A stretch of DNA of 62,864 bases from Candidatus Woesearchaeota archaeon (lineage in GTDB: Archaea > Nanobdellota > Nanobdellia > Woesearchaeales > GW2011-AR9). Location of the stretch: NCBI GenBank assembly GCA_016185625.1, contig JACPND010000019.1:1-62864 (forward strand), in the 5' to 3' direction. Of the stretch, positions 17,853-25,889 are shown one piece after another (position 1 is the stretch's first letter; each line of letters opens with the position of its first letter). A program made the translations under genes and the position numbers. Below the pieces are notes generated by a model, which was not told the origin of the DNA, did no database searches, and saw nothing but the letters and a program-made list of their open reading frames with translations.

Positions 17853-18088
17853 TGGCAGCAGCATTGATTGTCGGCATTGCAGGAATGTTCTGTATTTTGA
17901 TAGCCTTTGTTCTGGATGAATTTGAGTGGTATCTGACGAGAGATACGAAAGGATACAACCTCTTTAATATTTTTGGCTCTGGTGCGCTGCTGTATTATGG
18001 GTATACGTTGCAGGCCTGGCCGTTCGTGATTTTGAATTTAGTGTGGTTGGCGGTGGCGGTGATTAAGTTGATGAGAATAATAAAATGA
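17849..18088 (+). CDS. small membrane protein (3 helices)
   Basis: Hydrophobic 79 aa, coupled to the upstream ORF. Confidence 0.5.
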   Translation: MMAAALIVGIAGMFCILIAFVLDEFEWYLTRDTKGYNLFNIFGSGALLYYGYTLQAWPFVILNLVWLAVAVIKLMRIIK

Positions 18089-18160
18089 CAACCAGGTGTT
18101 CAGTCAGCATAAAATTGAGCCTTTCATAAGATTTTTAAATAGGTTCCTTGTAGGAAAAAG

Positions 18161-19375
18161 ATGGTGCGGGGTGTTTTTGATAAAATGACACACTTAGAAG
18201 ACCAACTCGGCGATGGCTTTTATGCTTTTATTAATCCTGAAGGCATTAATTATTCCCGTTTTGATAAAGCAAAATTAACAGAACGAGTGTTTTCCGGTTT
18301 TTGGTCGCCTGAAACACGATTTGGAGTTTTATTGGAAAATGAGGATAAGAGAAAAACAGAATTGTTGGGTGTCTTTCGGCCTTTTCAAAGACGTGCCGCA
18401 TTAACGAGACCAGTTGAATTACCTGTTGATGCGCTTTATGATGAAGGAATGGCACTCTCTCCTGAATTGTTTCGTCACCTGGCAACTTTCTTTAGGGAAC
18501 TAGGAGAAATAGAGTTTCCCCGACGGGAAATAACTATTTGCTATGAAGGAGAATTTAAGAGAGTTCAAGTCACCAGAATTATGCCTGAAAGGAAATGGTG
18601 GAAAGGCATGTTCATCGATGTCTATGTTGAAAGTGACGCCCTTATCGATAAATTCTCATCCCTGGATGAACAGAGCAGAAAAATTCTTGAAGAAAGCGAC
18701 CAGTGGAAAAGATATGAAAAAGCAGAAAGATATGTTAGAGCACAACAAGAAAAGTGGGGAAGATTTTTTCATGATAAAGAGCTGGAAGAAGATGAAATAC
18801 TAAACCTCTTACGATGGCAGGCAGCGTCTATCCGTCCAGCTCTGTTCAGAAATCCAGAAGATTACAAATATTTCTTATTAGGGTTTCATCACGTCGGCTT
18901 TGATACTGCAAAAATACATGAAGAGACATTAAAGTATTTTAGAGACCAACGGGCCTTGGAGAGGCACATTGACACTTTTAATTCATCTGTAACTGGGCTA
19001 TATGCGTTGTGGAGCCCAGATAGTGAGACTGACCCGCCTCATCTCAGAATACCTCGTCAATATCAAATTTTTGAAAAGGGCGTCTCGGAAGAGCGATTGC
19101 AGGAAGCGTATGAACAAATAATAAAGGATGGAGATCGGATGAGAAGCCCCATCAAAATTTCCGAGGATTTATGGGAACTCGGTTTTCTGACGTTAAAAAG
19201 AACTCGATGGCGTGATAAACAGCCAACGAAGGAATCGTACGCTTTTGTCAGAATTAAAGGAATGAAACCAATACTGCAGGGAAGTTTACCTTTTAAAGAA
19301 TTTGGTGAAGTTGAGTTAGAAAGAGAGTATAATTCTCTACCAAAAAGGCCTTCCCCTTTAGGATTTTTTTATTGA
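18161..19375 (+). CDS. hypothetical protein, 404 aa
   Basis: Long ORF with TATA GATTTTTAAATA about 30 nt upstream. No motif recognised. Confidence 0.5.
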   Translation: MVRGVFDKMTHLEDQLGDGFYAFINPEGINYSRFDKAKLTERVFSGFWSPETRFGVLLENEDKRKTELLGVFRPFQRRAALTRPVELPVDALYDEGMALSPELFRHLATFFRELGEIEFPRREITICYEGEFKRVQVTRIMPERKWWKGMFIDVYVESDALIDKFSSLDEQSRKILEESDQWKRYEKAERYVRAQQEKWGRFFHDKELEEDEILNLLRWQAASIRPALFRNPEDYKYFLLGFHHVGFDTAKIHEETLKYFRDQRALERHIDTFNSSVTGLYALWSPDSETDPPHLRIPRQYQIFEKGVSEERLQEAYEQIIKDGDRMRSPIKISEDLWELGFLTLKRTRWRDKQPTKESYAFVRIKGMKPILQGSLPFKEFGEVELEREYNSLPKRPSPLGFFY

Positions 19376-19422
19376 TTCTACCAAAAATTACAAAATATTC
19401 CTTACAAAATACTCTCAACCAA

Positions 19423-19587
19423 CTATTTCTTCTTCCAATACGACGTCCTGCGCTTCTTAATCTCACCAAAACCACAAGAGGAACAGCGCTTATGAATCAT
19501 ATGATACGAATGATGCCCGCAGCGACGACAGCGAATATGGGTCTTCTTTCCTGATTTCTTTCCATGCGATGCAGTCCCTTTGGTCAT
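19423..19587 (-). CDS. rpl37e: 50S ribosomal protein L37e
   Basis: Not in the ORF track (54 aa): MTKGTASHGKKSGKKTHIRCRRCGHHSYHMIHKRCSSCGFGEIKKRRTSYWKKK, with the C4 zinc ribbon of L37e. Sits directly downstream of LSm as in other archaea. Confidence 0.9.
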   Translation of the reverse strand: MTKGTASHGKKSGKKTHIRCRRCGHHSYHMIHKRCSSCGFGEIKKRRTSYWKKK

Positions 19588-19594
19588 AGTTCAC

Positions 19595-19819
19595 CTACGC
19601 AGGAGAAATGATCGTGATCGTATCCCCGCGGATAAACACATTTCCCAGCTTGCGCTTGATTTCGCCGCCATAATGCTCTTCGGCATCATCCAGGACAATG
19701 TTGATGTGAATGTCAAAAGATTTTAATTTGCCGACATAGCGGTAGCCATTCTTCAGATCTACCATGACATTTTTATTTCGGGCTGCATTCAGCGCGTCTA
19801 ACGGTCTTAATTCTTCCAT
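19595..19819 (-). CDS. Sm-like (LSm/SmAP) protein
   Basis: MEELRPLDALNAARNKNVMVDLKNGYRYVGKLKSFDIHINIVLDDAEE...IRGDTI contains Sm1/Sm2 motifs. The track's 10-aa N-terminal extension was discarded. Confidence 0.85.
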   Translation of the reverse strand: MEELRPLDALNAARNKNVMVDLKNGYRYVGKLKSFDIHINIVLDDAEEHYGGEIKRKLGNVFIRGDTITIISPA

Positions 19820-19945
19820 AATGGTACACCCCCTGCAATAAGTTCTCAAACGCCGTTTTGTTTATAAAGATTGCGTCTGGATTTGAATGAAACGATTTAT
19901 TTTTTATTCGAAAACATTATAAAGTAATCCCTAGTTTACAGGAGC

Positions 19946-20506
19946 ATGATCAATTTTTCAAAACTGCAGCAGGAAATCAAAGAGTATGATACGGAACGAG
20001 AACGCTTGATTTTGAAGAGCAGGGAAGTTCTCAAATTGAGCAAGCAGGTCATCTACGCCGTGCATCGGGATGAAATAAAGAATGCGGCACAATTGGTGAA
20101 AGAAATCCAGCAGAAGAAAAAAGAGCTGGATAAAATAGCCCTGCACAGCAATAAGATGGAGACCGAAGGCAGCTATAAGATAGCGGTGCAGGAATATGTG
20201 GAAGCCCTGTTATATTTCTATTTTGTGCGCGACGGAGAATTAGTGAGCATAGAAGCCTCCCCCGAACATTTTGTTTTAGGCTTGGCGGATCTGCCAGGAG
20301 AATTAAACCGCAGAGCAGTATTTCTGGCCGGAAAAGGGCAAGTGGCCGAGGTAAGTAAGATCCGCGATGCGGTGGATATGATCTATGGCGAATTATTGAA
20401 ATTTGATTTCCGCGATAATGATATCAGGCGTAAAGTAGATGCAGTTAAGTACGAATTACGGAAGCTGGAAGATTTGGTGCTGGACCTGAAATTGAAAGGG
20501 CGTTAA
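19946..20506 (+). CDS. translin-family protein
   Basis: 186 aa helical protein with GLADLPGELNRR, characteristic of translin/TRAX. Confidence 0.7.
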   Translation: MINFSKLQQEIKEYDTERERLILKSREVLKLSKQVIYAVHRDEIKNAAQLVKEIQQKKKELDKIALHSNKMETEGSYKIAVQEYVEALLYFYFVRDGELVSIEASPEHFVLGLADLPGELNRRAVFLAGKGQVAEVSKIRDAVDMIYGELLKFDFRDNDIRRKVDAVKYELRKLEDLVLDLKLKGR

Positions 20507-21201
20507 ATCAAGCCGAAAGAATTTAACAGCAGGATAAACGCGGCATAGACAATGACTCCGAGTGTGAAGTAGAACGGATTACTGGCTTTGTATTGTGGCA
20601 ACACTTCTTTTCCAATGATGTAAATGAGCACCCCGCTGACAAAACCAAGGGCAGGATATAAAAAAGCATTACTGACGTGCAGAACTTCAGCGATAATCGC
20701 TCCAAACAAAAATGTTGCGGCAGAGAGAATCCTCTTGAGGAGGAGATAACGTTCTTGTTTAGCATGCAGATCTTCAAAGAGGGCACTAGTGGTGAGGTAC
20801 ACGAAACTTAGCGAGATGGCGAACAAGAAACCAGAGAGCTGTTGGATTTTCAAGAGTTCGATAAGTGCGATGCCGACCATAGTGTGGTAAAAGAAAAAAA
20901 CACTTAAATGCAGGTAGCTTAAGTCACGTCGTAATTTAGGTTTCTTTTCGTATTTTACAATGGATTTTTCAGCGATGTGGAAAACGGAAAAACCGATTAA
21001 AGTCGTTAGAAAAATACCCAAGCCGAAGATGTCAATGCCTTGATATGCTTCCGGCAGCAGCTGAAGAAAAACATATACTGTTGCCAAACCAATCGTAAAT
21101 GATGCAAATTTGTTTTTGTGATGTTCAAATTTTTGCAGAAATTGAGGACTTAAAAAACTAGCCGCACCCAAGAGAATGCTTAATAGATAGCCTATTATCA
21201 T
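20503..21201 (-). CDS. integral membrane protein (possibly a metal-ion transporter)
   Basis: Seven to eight hydrophobic segments. LLPEAYQ and HIAEK motifs resemble ZIP-like carriers only weakly. Confidence 0.4.
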   Translation of the reverse strand: MIIGYLLSILLGAASFLSPQFLQKFEHHKNKFASFTIGLATVYVFLQLLPEAYQGIDIFGLGIFLTTLIGFSVFHIAEKSIVKYEKKPKLRRDLSYLHLSVFFFYHTMVGIALIELLKIQQLSGFLFAISLSFVYLTTSALFEDLHAKQERYLLLKRILSAATFLFGAIIAEVLHVSNAFLYPALGFVSGVLIYIIGKEVLPQYKASNPFYFTLGVIVYAAFILLLNSFGLI

Positions 21202-21257
21202 AAAAGAAGGTTATTCTTTAGATATAAAAAACTTTCTTTATAATGATACTGTTTACT

Positions 21258-21380
21258 AAATGAATGACGGCTAGGCCAAGAGGTTTGCGAGGTAAAGCTA
21301 CATACTGTTCTTGGAACGGCTTTTCCTCGAAACTGAGTTATCGAAAAAGCCGCCGAGCAAACGGCCAGCCGTCATTCTTT
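21258..21380. repeat. hairpin element, GGCC-bulge family
   Basis: AAATGAATGACGGCT-A-GGCC-AAGAG-GTTTGC ... GCAAAC-GGCC-AGCCGTCATTCTTT. Confidence 0.55.
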
Positions 21381-21449
21381 CGTTAAGAACACGTATCTTT
21401 TATAAGGCGAATAAGGATAAAACAATAAGAAGAATGAAATAAGAAGATA

Positions 21450-21602
21450 CTACCTTTTCTTCTTTCCCTTTTTCCGTTTTCTCGACACCGCCAGTCTCTT
21501 TAATTTCCGCACTTTAGAATCCTTGCTCTTGCGGCTGGGACGGCGAGATCGCTTCCCGTGACGATGAACTACTTTCTTTGCTGACTTTTTCCTCTTTTTC
21601 AT
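21450..21602 (-). CDS. 50-aa extremely basic peptide (MKKRKKSAKKVVHRHGKRSRRPSRKSKDSKVRKLKRLAVSRKRKKGKKKR)
   Basis: Open frame below the track cutoff. About 60 percent K/R/H. Function unknown. Confidence 0.3.
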   Translation of the reverse strand: MKKRKKSAKKVVHRHGKRSRRPSRKSKDSKVRKLKRLAVSRKRKKGKKKR

Positions 21603-22124
21603 GATTTATACCTCTGGACTCAGTGAGGAAGTGCCTCAAACGGCGTACCGACATCACGCTTAACCTACCAGTGCGTTTTAGAGGTTATCTCCTCGCGCTA
21701 TGGACAAGCTTACCCCGATGCAGATTTCATACGGTGAGTTATAGTCCAGCCACCTCTTGATAGTTGAACATCTGGCAGAGGCTGCTATAGTCGCATCCTT
21801 TTCAGGACAACTGAATTGTCCGAGTAAATTTTAGAAAAGAGGTTAAAGTTTATATTTTTTTAGGACTACTTTAGGATAGAAATTTTGTCTCAACTTTTGC
21901 GGTACCTGAATTTTGCTAGATTTTTATACACTACCTGCAATCGAGGCATTAGAATCTTCGCGATATGGTTACAAAGTAAGTCTAAAAGATTTTACATCTA
22001 ATCATGAATGGAGTGTTCATGTTCCTCTCGAACCAAAACAAAAAGAGATTTTAAAAGAGTTAAATGTAGTGTATAAAAAATAGGGAAAATTCGGGTAGCT
22101 ATGATGCGCCAGAAGATGAAGTGA

Positions 22125-22985
22125 TTATTGCAGATATTTCGTATATCTATTGGCATGATCGTGGAAGAGCATCACATAATTCCCTTTCTTTGGAAGGTGA
22201 TTAAGTGCTGCGGCAAGAACTGCGCCAGACGAGATGCCCACGGAAATACCATCATTGTTTAATTTTTTGAAATACGTAATGGCTTCTTCATCTTCTATGA
22301 AAATACGCTGCTCTTCAAATGGTTGCGGACGATCCAGCCAAATCTTAAAGTCGCCCCGGATCTGTCCCGGATGAAGCCCCTCTATCTTTGTGGGAGATGA
22401 CTTTGAACTGACAGCATAAATTTTGCAATAGGAATACTCTTCACGAATTCTTTTAGCTAATCCAATCAGGCTTGCGCCCGTTCCTACGCCGGCAACCACA
22501 GCATCGATAGAAACATGCCGCTCTCTTGATTGATTAAGAACTTCCTGTCCTAAACTATGATAATAGGCCTCGATGTGATACGGGTTTTCAAACTGGTTGA
22601 GGAAATACCAATCAGATTGTTTCCCAAATTCACGCGCAGCGTCGATGTCTGCTTCCGTGTCTTTAGTGGTGTCATATTCACAAATTTCAGCTCCATTCTG
22701 TCGAATGAACCATTTTTTATCAGCGGAGATGTGTTTAGGCATGCAAATCACAATTTTATATCCTCGTTCTGTTCCTCCTTTAGACAGAGCAATTCCAGTA
22801 TTCCCTGAGCTTGCTTCAACGATGGTCATCCCTTTGCGGAGTACTTTGTCTTGTTCTAATCTCTGAATGGCGTAGCGCACAAAACGATCTTTCATCGAGC
22901 CAGTTGGATTCTGTGCTTCGATTTTCGCAAAGAGCCGTCGTTCCGGTGTTTGGTACTGTTTCAATTCGATAAGTGGTGTGGTCAT
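22125..22985 (-). CDS. cysteine synthase / cystathionine beta-synthase family PLP enzyme
   Basis: PLP-lysine motif NPTGSMKDR, SSGNTG loop, GVGTGASL. Start at MTTPLIEL; the track's extension runs into tRNA-Pro. Confidence 0.8.
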   Translation of the reverse strand: MTTPLIELKQYQTPERRLFAKIEAQNPTGSMKDRFVRYAIQRLEQDKVLRKGMTIVEASSGNTGIALSKGGTERGYKIVICMPKHISADKKWFIRQNGAEICEYDTTKDTEADIDAAREFGKQSDWYFLNQFENPYHIEAYYHSLGQEVLNQSRERHVSIDAVVAGVGTGASLIGLAKRIREEYSYCKIYAVSSKSSPTKIEGLHPGQIRGDFKIWLDRPQPFEEQRIFIEDEEAITYFKKLNNDGISVGISSGAVLAAALNHLPKKGNYVMLFHDHANRYTKYLQ

Positions 22986-23044
22986 GGCGTTAAAATTACT
23001 CTCTGCTTGTGTCTTCTCTTTGAGACTATAAAAATATTGTGAAA

Positions 23045-23180
23045 TGGGGCTGCGAGGACTTTCACGCCGCAACCATCGGTTACCTGCATTTGAACCCCGG
23101 TCACGCGGCCCCGAACCGCGTATCTTATTGCTCAGGTACATGCTTTTACACATGTAGGTACCAAGCTGGACTACAGCCCC
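23045..23180 (-). tRNA. tRNA-Pro(CGG) with D-loop insertion and 30-nt T-loop intron
   Basis: Acceptor GGGGCTG/CAGCCCC. Anticodon arm CGCGG-TTCGGGG-CCGCG. T stem CGGGG/CCTCG; T loop TTCAAAT followed by an insert at fwd 23058-23087. About 34 extra nt in the D loop. Confidence 0.75.
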
Positions 23181-23187
23181 ATAGCAC

Positions 23188-23784
23188 TTATTTCTGAGGG
23201 GGGGTAATTAAATCTTTCTCCCGGAAAAAGAAAAACACTTCCAGCATCGCGGAGAGAACATAATACAGAACGCCCCAGAACATGAAGATAAGCGGCCTGG
23301 TTTCTAAGCCGCTGGATCGTTCCAGAATCGCTTCATAAATGCCAGTGGGCAGCGGCGAATGCGATTGGAGTAATTGCGCCGGGAACATGGCTAGGCCCAT
23401 CGAGCCGATCAGTAACAAGCCAGAAATCCAGAGTTTGCCATCGGCTGGTTTTAGTCCGGCAACTTTTGCGATCAGACTCACAAAAAAGATGATAGGAACC
23501 AGCCAATTTTTGGCCATGAAACCAGCACCCAAGGCAAATACAGAATACAACGCTATCAACATGAAACTTCTGGGAATTGCCCGCCAGCCGAGATGTTCTC
23601 GTTCAGACAGCATGATGCCGGAGTGCACCGACAGAAATTCGATGACATAAATCATGATCCCAATTTTGAGGATAAAATTGGCATATTGTTCGGGGGCAAT
23701 GATTGCTCTCAGGAAGAGCCAGGCGAGGAAGAGATTTCCCACTACAGAGATGGCAGGGGATGGGAACTTTAAAACGTGCTGCAT
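23188..23784 (-). CDS. multi-pass membrane protein, paralogue of 24151..24768
   Basis: Shared N-terminal pattern (VVGNLFLAWLF / AVGNLFLVGLF; EFLSVHSG / EFLSLHSSG) and C-terminal WGVLYY / WGILYY. Confidence 0.55.
   Translation of the reverse strand: MQHVLKFPSPAISVVGNLFLAWLFLRAIIAPEQYANFILKIGIMIYVIEFLSVHSGIMLSEREHLGWRAIPRSFMLIALYSVFALGAGFMAKNWLVPIIFFVSLIAKVAGLKPADGKLWISGLLLIGSMGLAMFPAQLLQSHSPLPTGIYEAILERSSGLETRPLIFMFWGVLYYVLSAMLEVFFFFREKDLITPPQK
23205..23212 (-). promoter_or_regulatory. TATA box (TTTAATTA) 32 nt upstream of tRNA-Pro +1
   Basis: Position and sequence. Confidence 0.45.
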
Positions 23785-24150
23785 GTATTGTCAGATTATG
23801 GCTGGATATAAAATACTTTAGATGATGTTCTGTAGAATATAAAAAATATATACTCCTAACTCCACAACATTTTTAATGGTGGAATACGGATTAACTATTG
23901 TCAAATTACCGGATGGTGCTTACCAAGTTTCTCATTACCATAAAAGTAGCCCAGAGCATGTTCCTGACATGGATGCAGTTATTGTTCACATGGCTTGATT
24001 ATACCAACGTATTCCTTCTGCACTTCAATCAGAACCGACCCTCGTTGATTTAGATGCACACGATTCCAAGCGGGTGATGGTTGTAAGAGAAGGATTGGAA
24101 TCAAGAGTATAAATTCTTTCTGTAAGATACAATCTTCTATGCGGCATTAG

Positions 24151-24768
24151 TCAACTTTCCTTTTGGCGGCGAAAGGAGATAACTTCAATTATGCCGAGGA
24201 GACCATAATACAAAATACCCCAGACCAGCATCGTCTGCGGGATATCTACCCAAATGCCGGACGAGCCAGACATTTTCTGCTGGAGGACAGACTCGGGAAA
24301 CGGGAAAAGAACGCTCCAGAGCGGAGCCAGCAAGGTAACGATAAAAACGGTGCCAATCAGCAAAAGAACAGAAATCCCCGCACTGGTGTGGTGCGTGTGT
24401 GTCTTCTTCCCGAAATATTTTGCTCCTAAGCTGATCATGAACACGACGGGAACAGCCCAATTCTGGAAGGCAAATCCGAACACAAGCATAAAGAGCAGAT
24501 AGACGCCGACCAGTATGAACTTTATGGGCACGGTGAAAATTTTCCACAGCAGAAATAACTTCCGCGACTGAACGGTCCTCGCCTCCGGGCTGAAGATCAT
24601 GCCGCTGGAATGCAGGCTGAGGAATTCGACGAGAAAAATAAGCATGCCGCTGTTGAAAATGAATTTGACATTATCCTCCGGAAACAAGAGCGCCTGGGTG
24701 AAGAGTCCGACCAGGAAGAGATTGCCAACAGCAGAGACGATTAATGAAGTGGTTTCTGGAAAGCGCAT
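24151..24768 (-). CDS. multi-pass membrane protein, paralogue of 23188..23784
   Basis: See the paralogue. Confidence 0.55.
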   Translation of the reverse strand: MRFPETTSLIVSAVGNLFLVGLFTQALLFPEDNVKFIFNSGMLIFLVEFLSLHSSGMIFSPEARTVQSRKLFLLWKIFTVPIKFILVGVYLLFMLVFGFAFQNWAVPVVFMISLGAKYFGKKTHTHHTSAGISVLLLIGTVFIVTLLAPLWSVLFPFPESVLQQKMSGSSGIWVDIPQTMLVWGILYYGLLGIIEVISFRRQKES

Positions 24769-24812
24769 GGTTTGGTGAATAGAGAGCGGTTTTTAATGGT
24801 TTGGAAAGAAAA

Positions 24813-24845
24813 TGCGGACGGCAGGGTTCGAACCTGCGCAAGCAC
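24813..24845 (-). pseudogene. orphan copy of the last 33 nt of tRNA-Leu(CAG) (variable-arm end, T arm, acceptor 3' strand)
   Basis: Identical to 24905-24937. No matching 5' half in the 59 nt between the copies. Preceded by the 9-bp hairpin ATAAGGGGG-AAG-CCCCCTTAT. Confidence 0.6.
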
Positions 24846-24904
24846 CGCGCATAAGGGGGCTTCCCCCTTATCAACCCCAGAGCTTTGCAATGATCGTACT
24901 GAAA

Positions 24905-25026
24905 TGCGGACGGCAGGGTTCGAACCTGCGCAAGCACTAAGCTACTGGACGTTTCTCACGAGAAACCTCAGAGGTTTTGCCTCTCGTGCCTGAATCCAGC
25001 CCGTTTGGCCACTCCGGCACGTCCGC
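24905..25026 (-). tRNA. tRNA-Leu(CAG) with about 38-nt anticodon-loop intron
   Basis: Acceptor GCGGACG/CGTCCGC. Anticodon stem CTGGA/TCCAG, loop TTCAGG..; intron contains the hairpin CACGAGA/TCTCGTG. Long variable arm. T arm GCAGG-TTCGAAC-CCTGC. Discriminator A. Confidence 0.8.
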
Positions 25027-25042
25027 GAATACAGCGTATTTA

Positions 25043-25450
25043 TCAGAATTCTTTAAAAGCATTTCTTCTCTGGATGAAAGAATACAAATGCTCAATATGC
25101 TTTACGCCCGTCTCACGCATCAGGAAATGCCGCAGCTGGTTATTCACTCTTATGCCTCGCTGGCTGCATTCGTGGTTGATTTTGGCGTAGAGTTTTTTCC
25201 CAGCCTGGTCGAAATCAGTTAAAATGATGACTTCATTCCTAGGGAATTGCTCGATCAACTCATAGACCGGCTTGTTAAGGAGAAGAATATTCGCTAGTCC
25301 CAGCTTCTCCAAGGAGTTTTTATCGTTGATTCCTTCCACGATGATCGGTGTTTCCTGCTCCTGAACTTCTTTCAGAAGTGCGAGTAGTTCCGGTATTAGT
25401 GTATTCATCTTTGTTAAAATATTCTCTGCCGCTTTTTTTTCTGCTTCCAC
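25043..25450 (-). CDS. small Toprim-domain protein (RNase M5/primase-like)
   Basis: IIVEGINDKNSL (Toprim Glu) and IILTDFDQAGKKL (DxD). Confidence 0.7.
   Translation of the reverse strand: MEAEKKAAENILTKMNTLIPELLALLKEVQEQETPIIVEGINDKNSLEKLGLANILLLNKPVYELIEQFPRNEVIILTDFDQAGKKLYAKINHECSQRGIRVNNQLRHFLMRETGVKHIEHLYSFIQRRNAFKEF
25051..25058 (-). promoter_or_regulatory. TATA box (TTTTAAAG) 32 nt upstream of tRNA-Leu +1
   Basis: Position and sequence. Confidence 0.45.
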
Positions 25451-25594
25451 CGCTTTTTTTCGTCGTTACCTTTTTAAATGTATTTGCTTTTGCCTGAGAT
25501 ATGGATAAAGGGCTACTCATCTTAATGTGGTTGGGGGTAATTAGTATCGTGCTAGTTTTAATCTTGTTAGCAAAGAGTTTTGTGGGGAGTTAGG

Positions 25595-25888
25595 ATGAAG
25601 GATTATGTTGAGGTTTTACTGATCTTTTTTGCCGTCATATTTAGCCTGCTGGCGATAGGTTTGATGTTCTGGAAACTTGTTGGAAATAGTCCCACCATCG
25701 AAGAGATAACTCTCGGTCTGATGGCGATGACAGCTTCGTGGTTGGTCACTCTGTCTTACAAATTTGGGAAGATGGAAGGAAAAACAGAGCTGATAGATTT
25801 GAATATGAGAACCTCATTTGACAGAGTAAAAGATGATTTACAAGAATTGAAACTACAATTGAAAGAAATAAGGCAACGGTTGAAATAA
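25595..25888 (+). CDS. small membrane protein with C-terminal coiled coil
   Basis: Two hydrophobic helices followed by KDDLQELKLQLKEIRQRLK. Stop lies 1 nt before the gatE ATG. Confidence 0.45.
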   Translation: MKDYVEVLLIFFAVIFSLLAIGLMFWKLVGNSPTIEEITLGLMAMTASWLVTLSYKFGKMEGKTELIDLNMRTSFDRVKDDLQELKLQLKEIRQRLK

Positions 25889-25889
25889 A

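Noticed and set aside
21610-21800. RNase P RNA or SRP RNA candidate (GAGGAAGTGCC resembles the P4 5' strand GAGGAAAGUCC).
   Set aside because: I could not find a complementary P4 3' strand, the CR-II/III motifs or SRP helix-8 motifs by eye. It is kept only as an unassigned structured region pending a covariance-model scan.
22986-23153. 56-codon N-terminal extension of the cysteine synthase ORF.
   Set aside because: The extension runs through tRNA-Pro(CGG). The conserved protein begins at MTTPLIEL (22985).
23876-24112. Second ORF with an in-frame stop (TGA at 23996-23998, then 37 more open codons).
   Set aside because: A 37-codon open stretch is not unusual by chance, there is no recognisable protein, and it sits in a decayed spacer.
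24772-25222. Track ORFs on both strands around 24772-25222.
   Set aside because: They overlap tRNA-Leu(CAG), its orphan 3' copy or the Toprim gene on the opposite strand.
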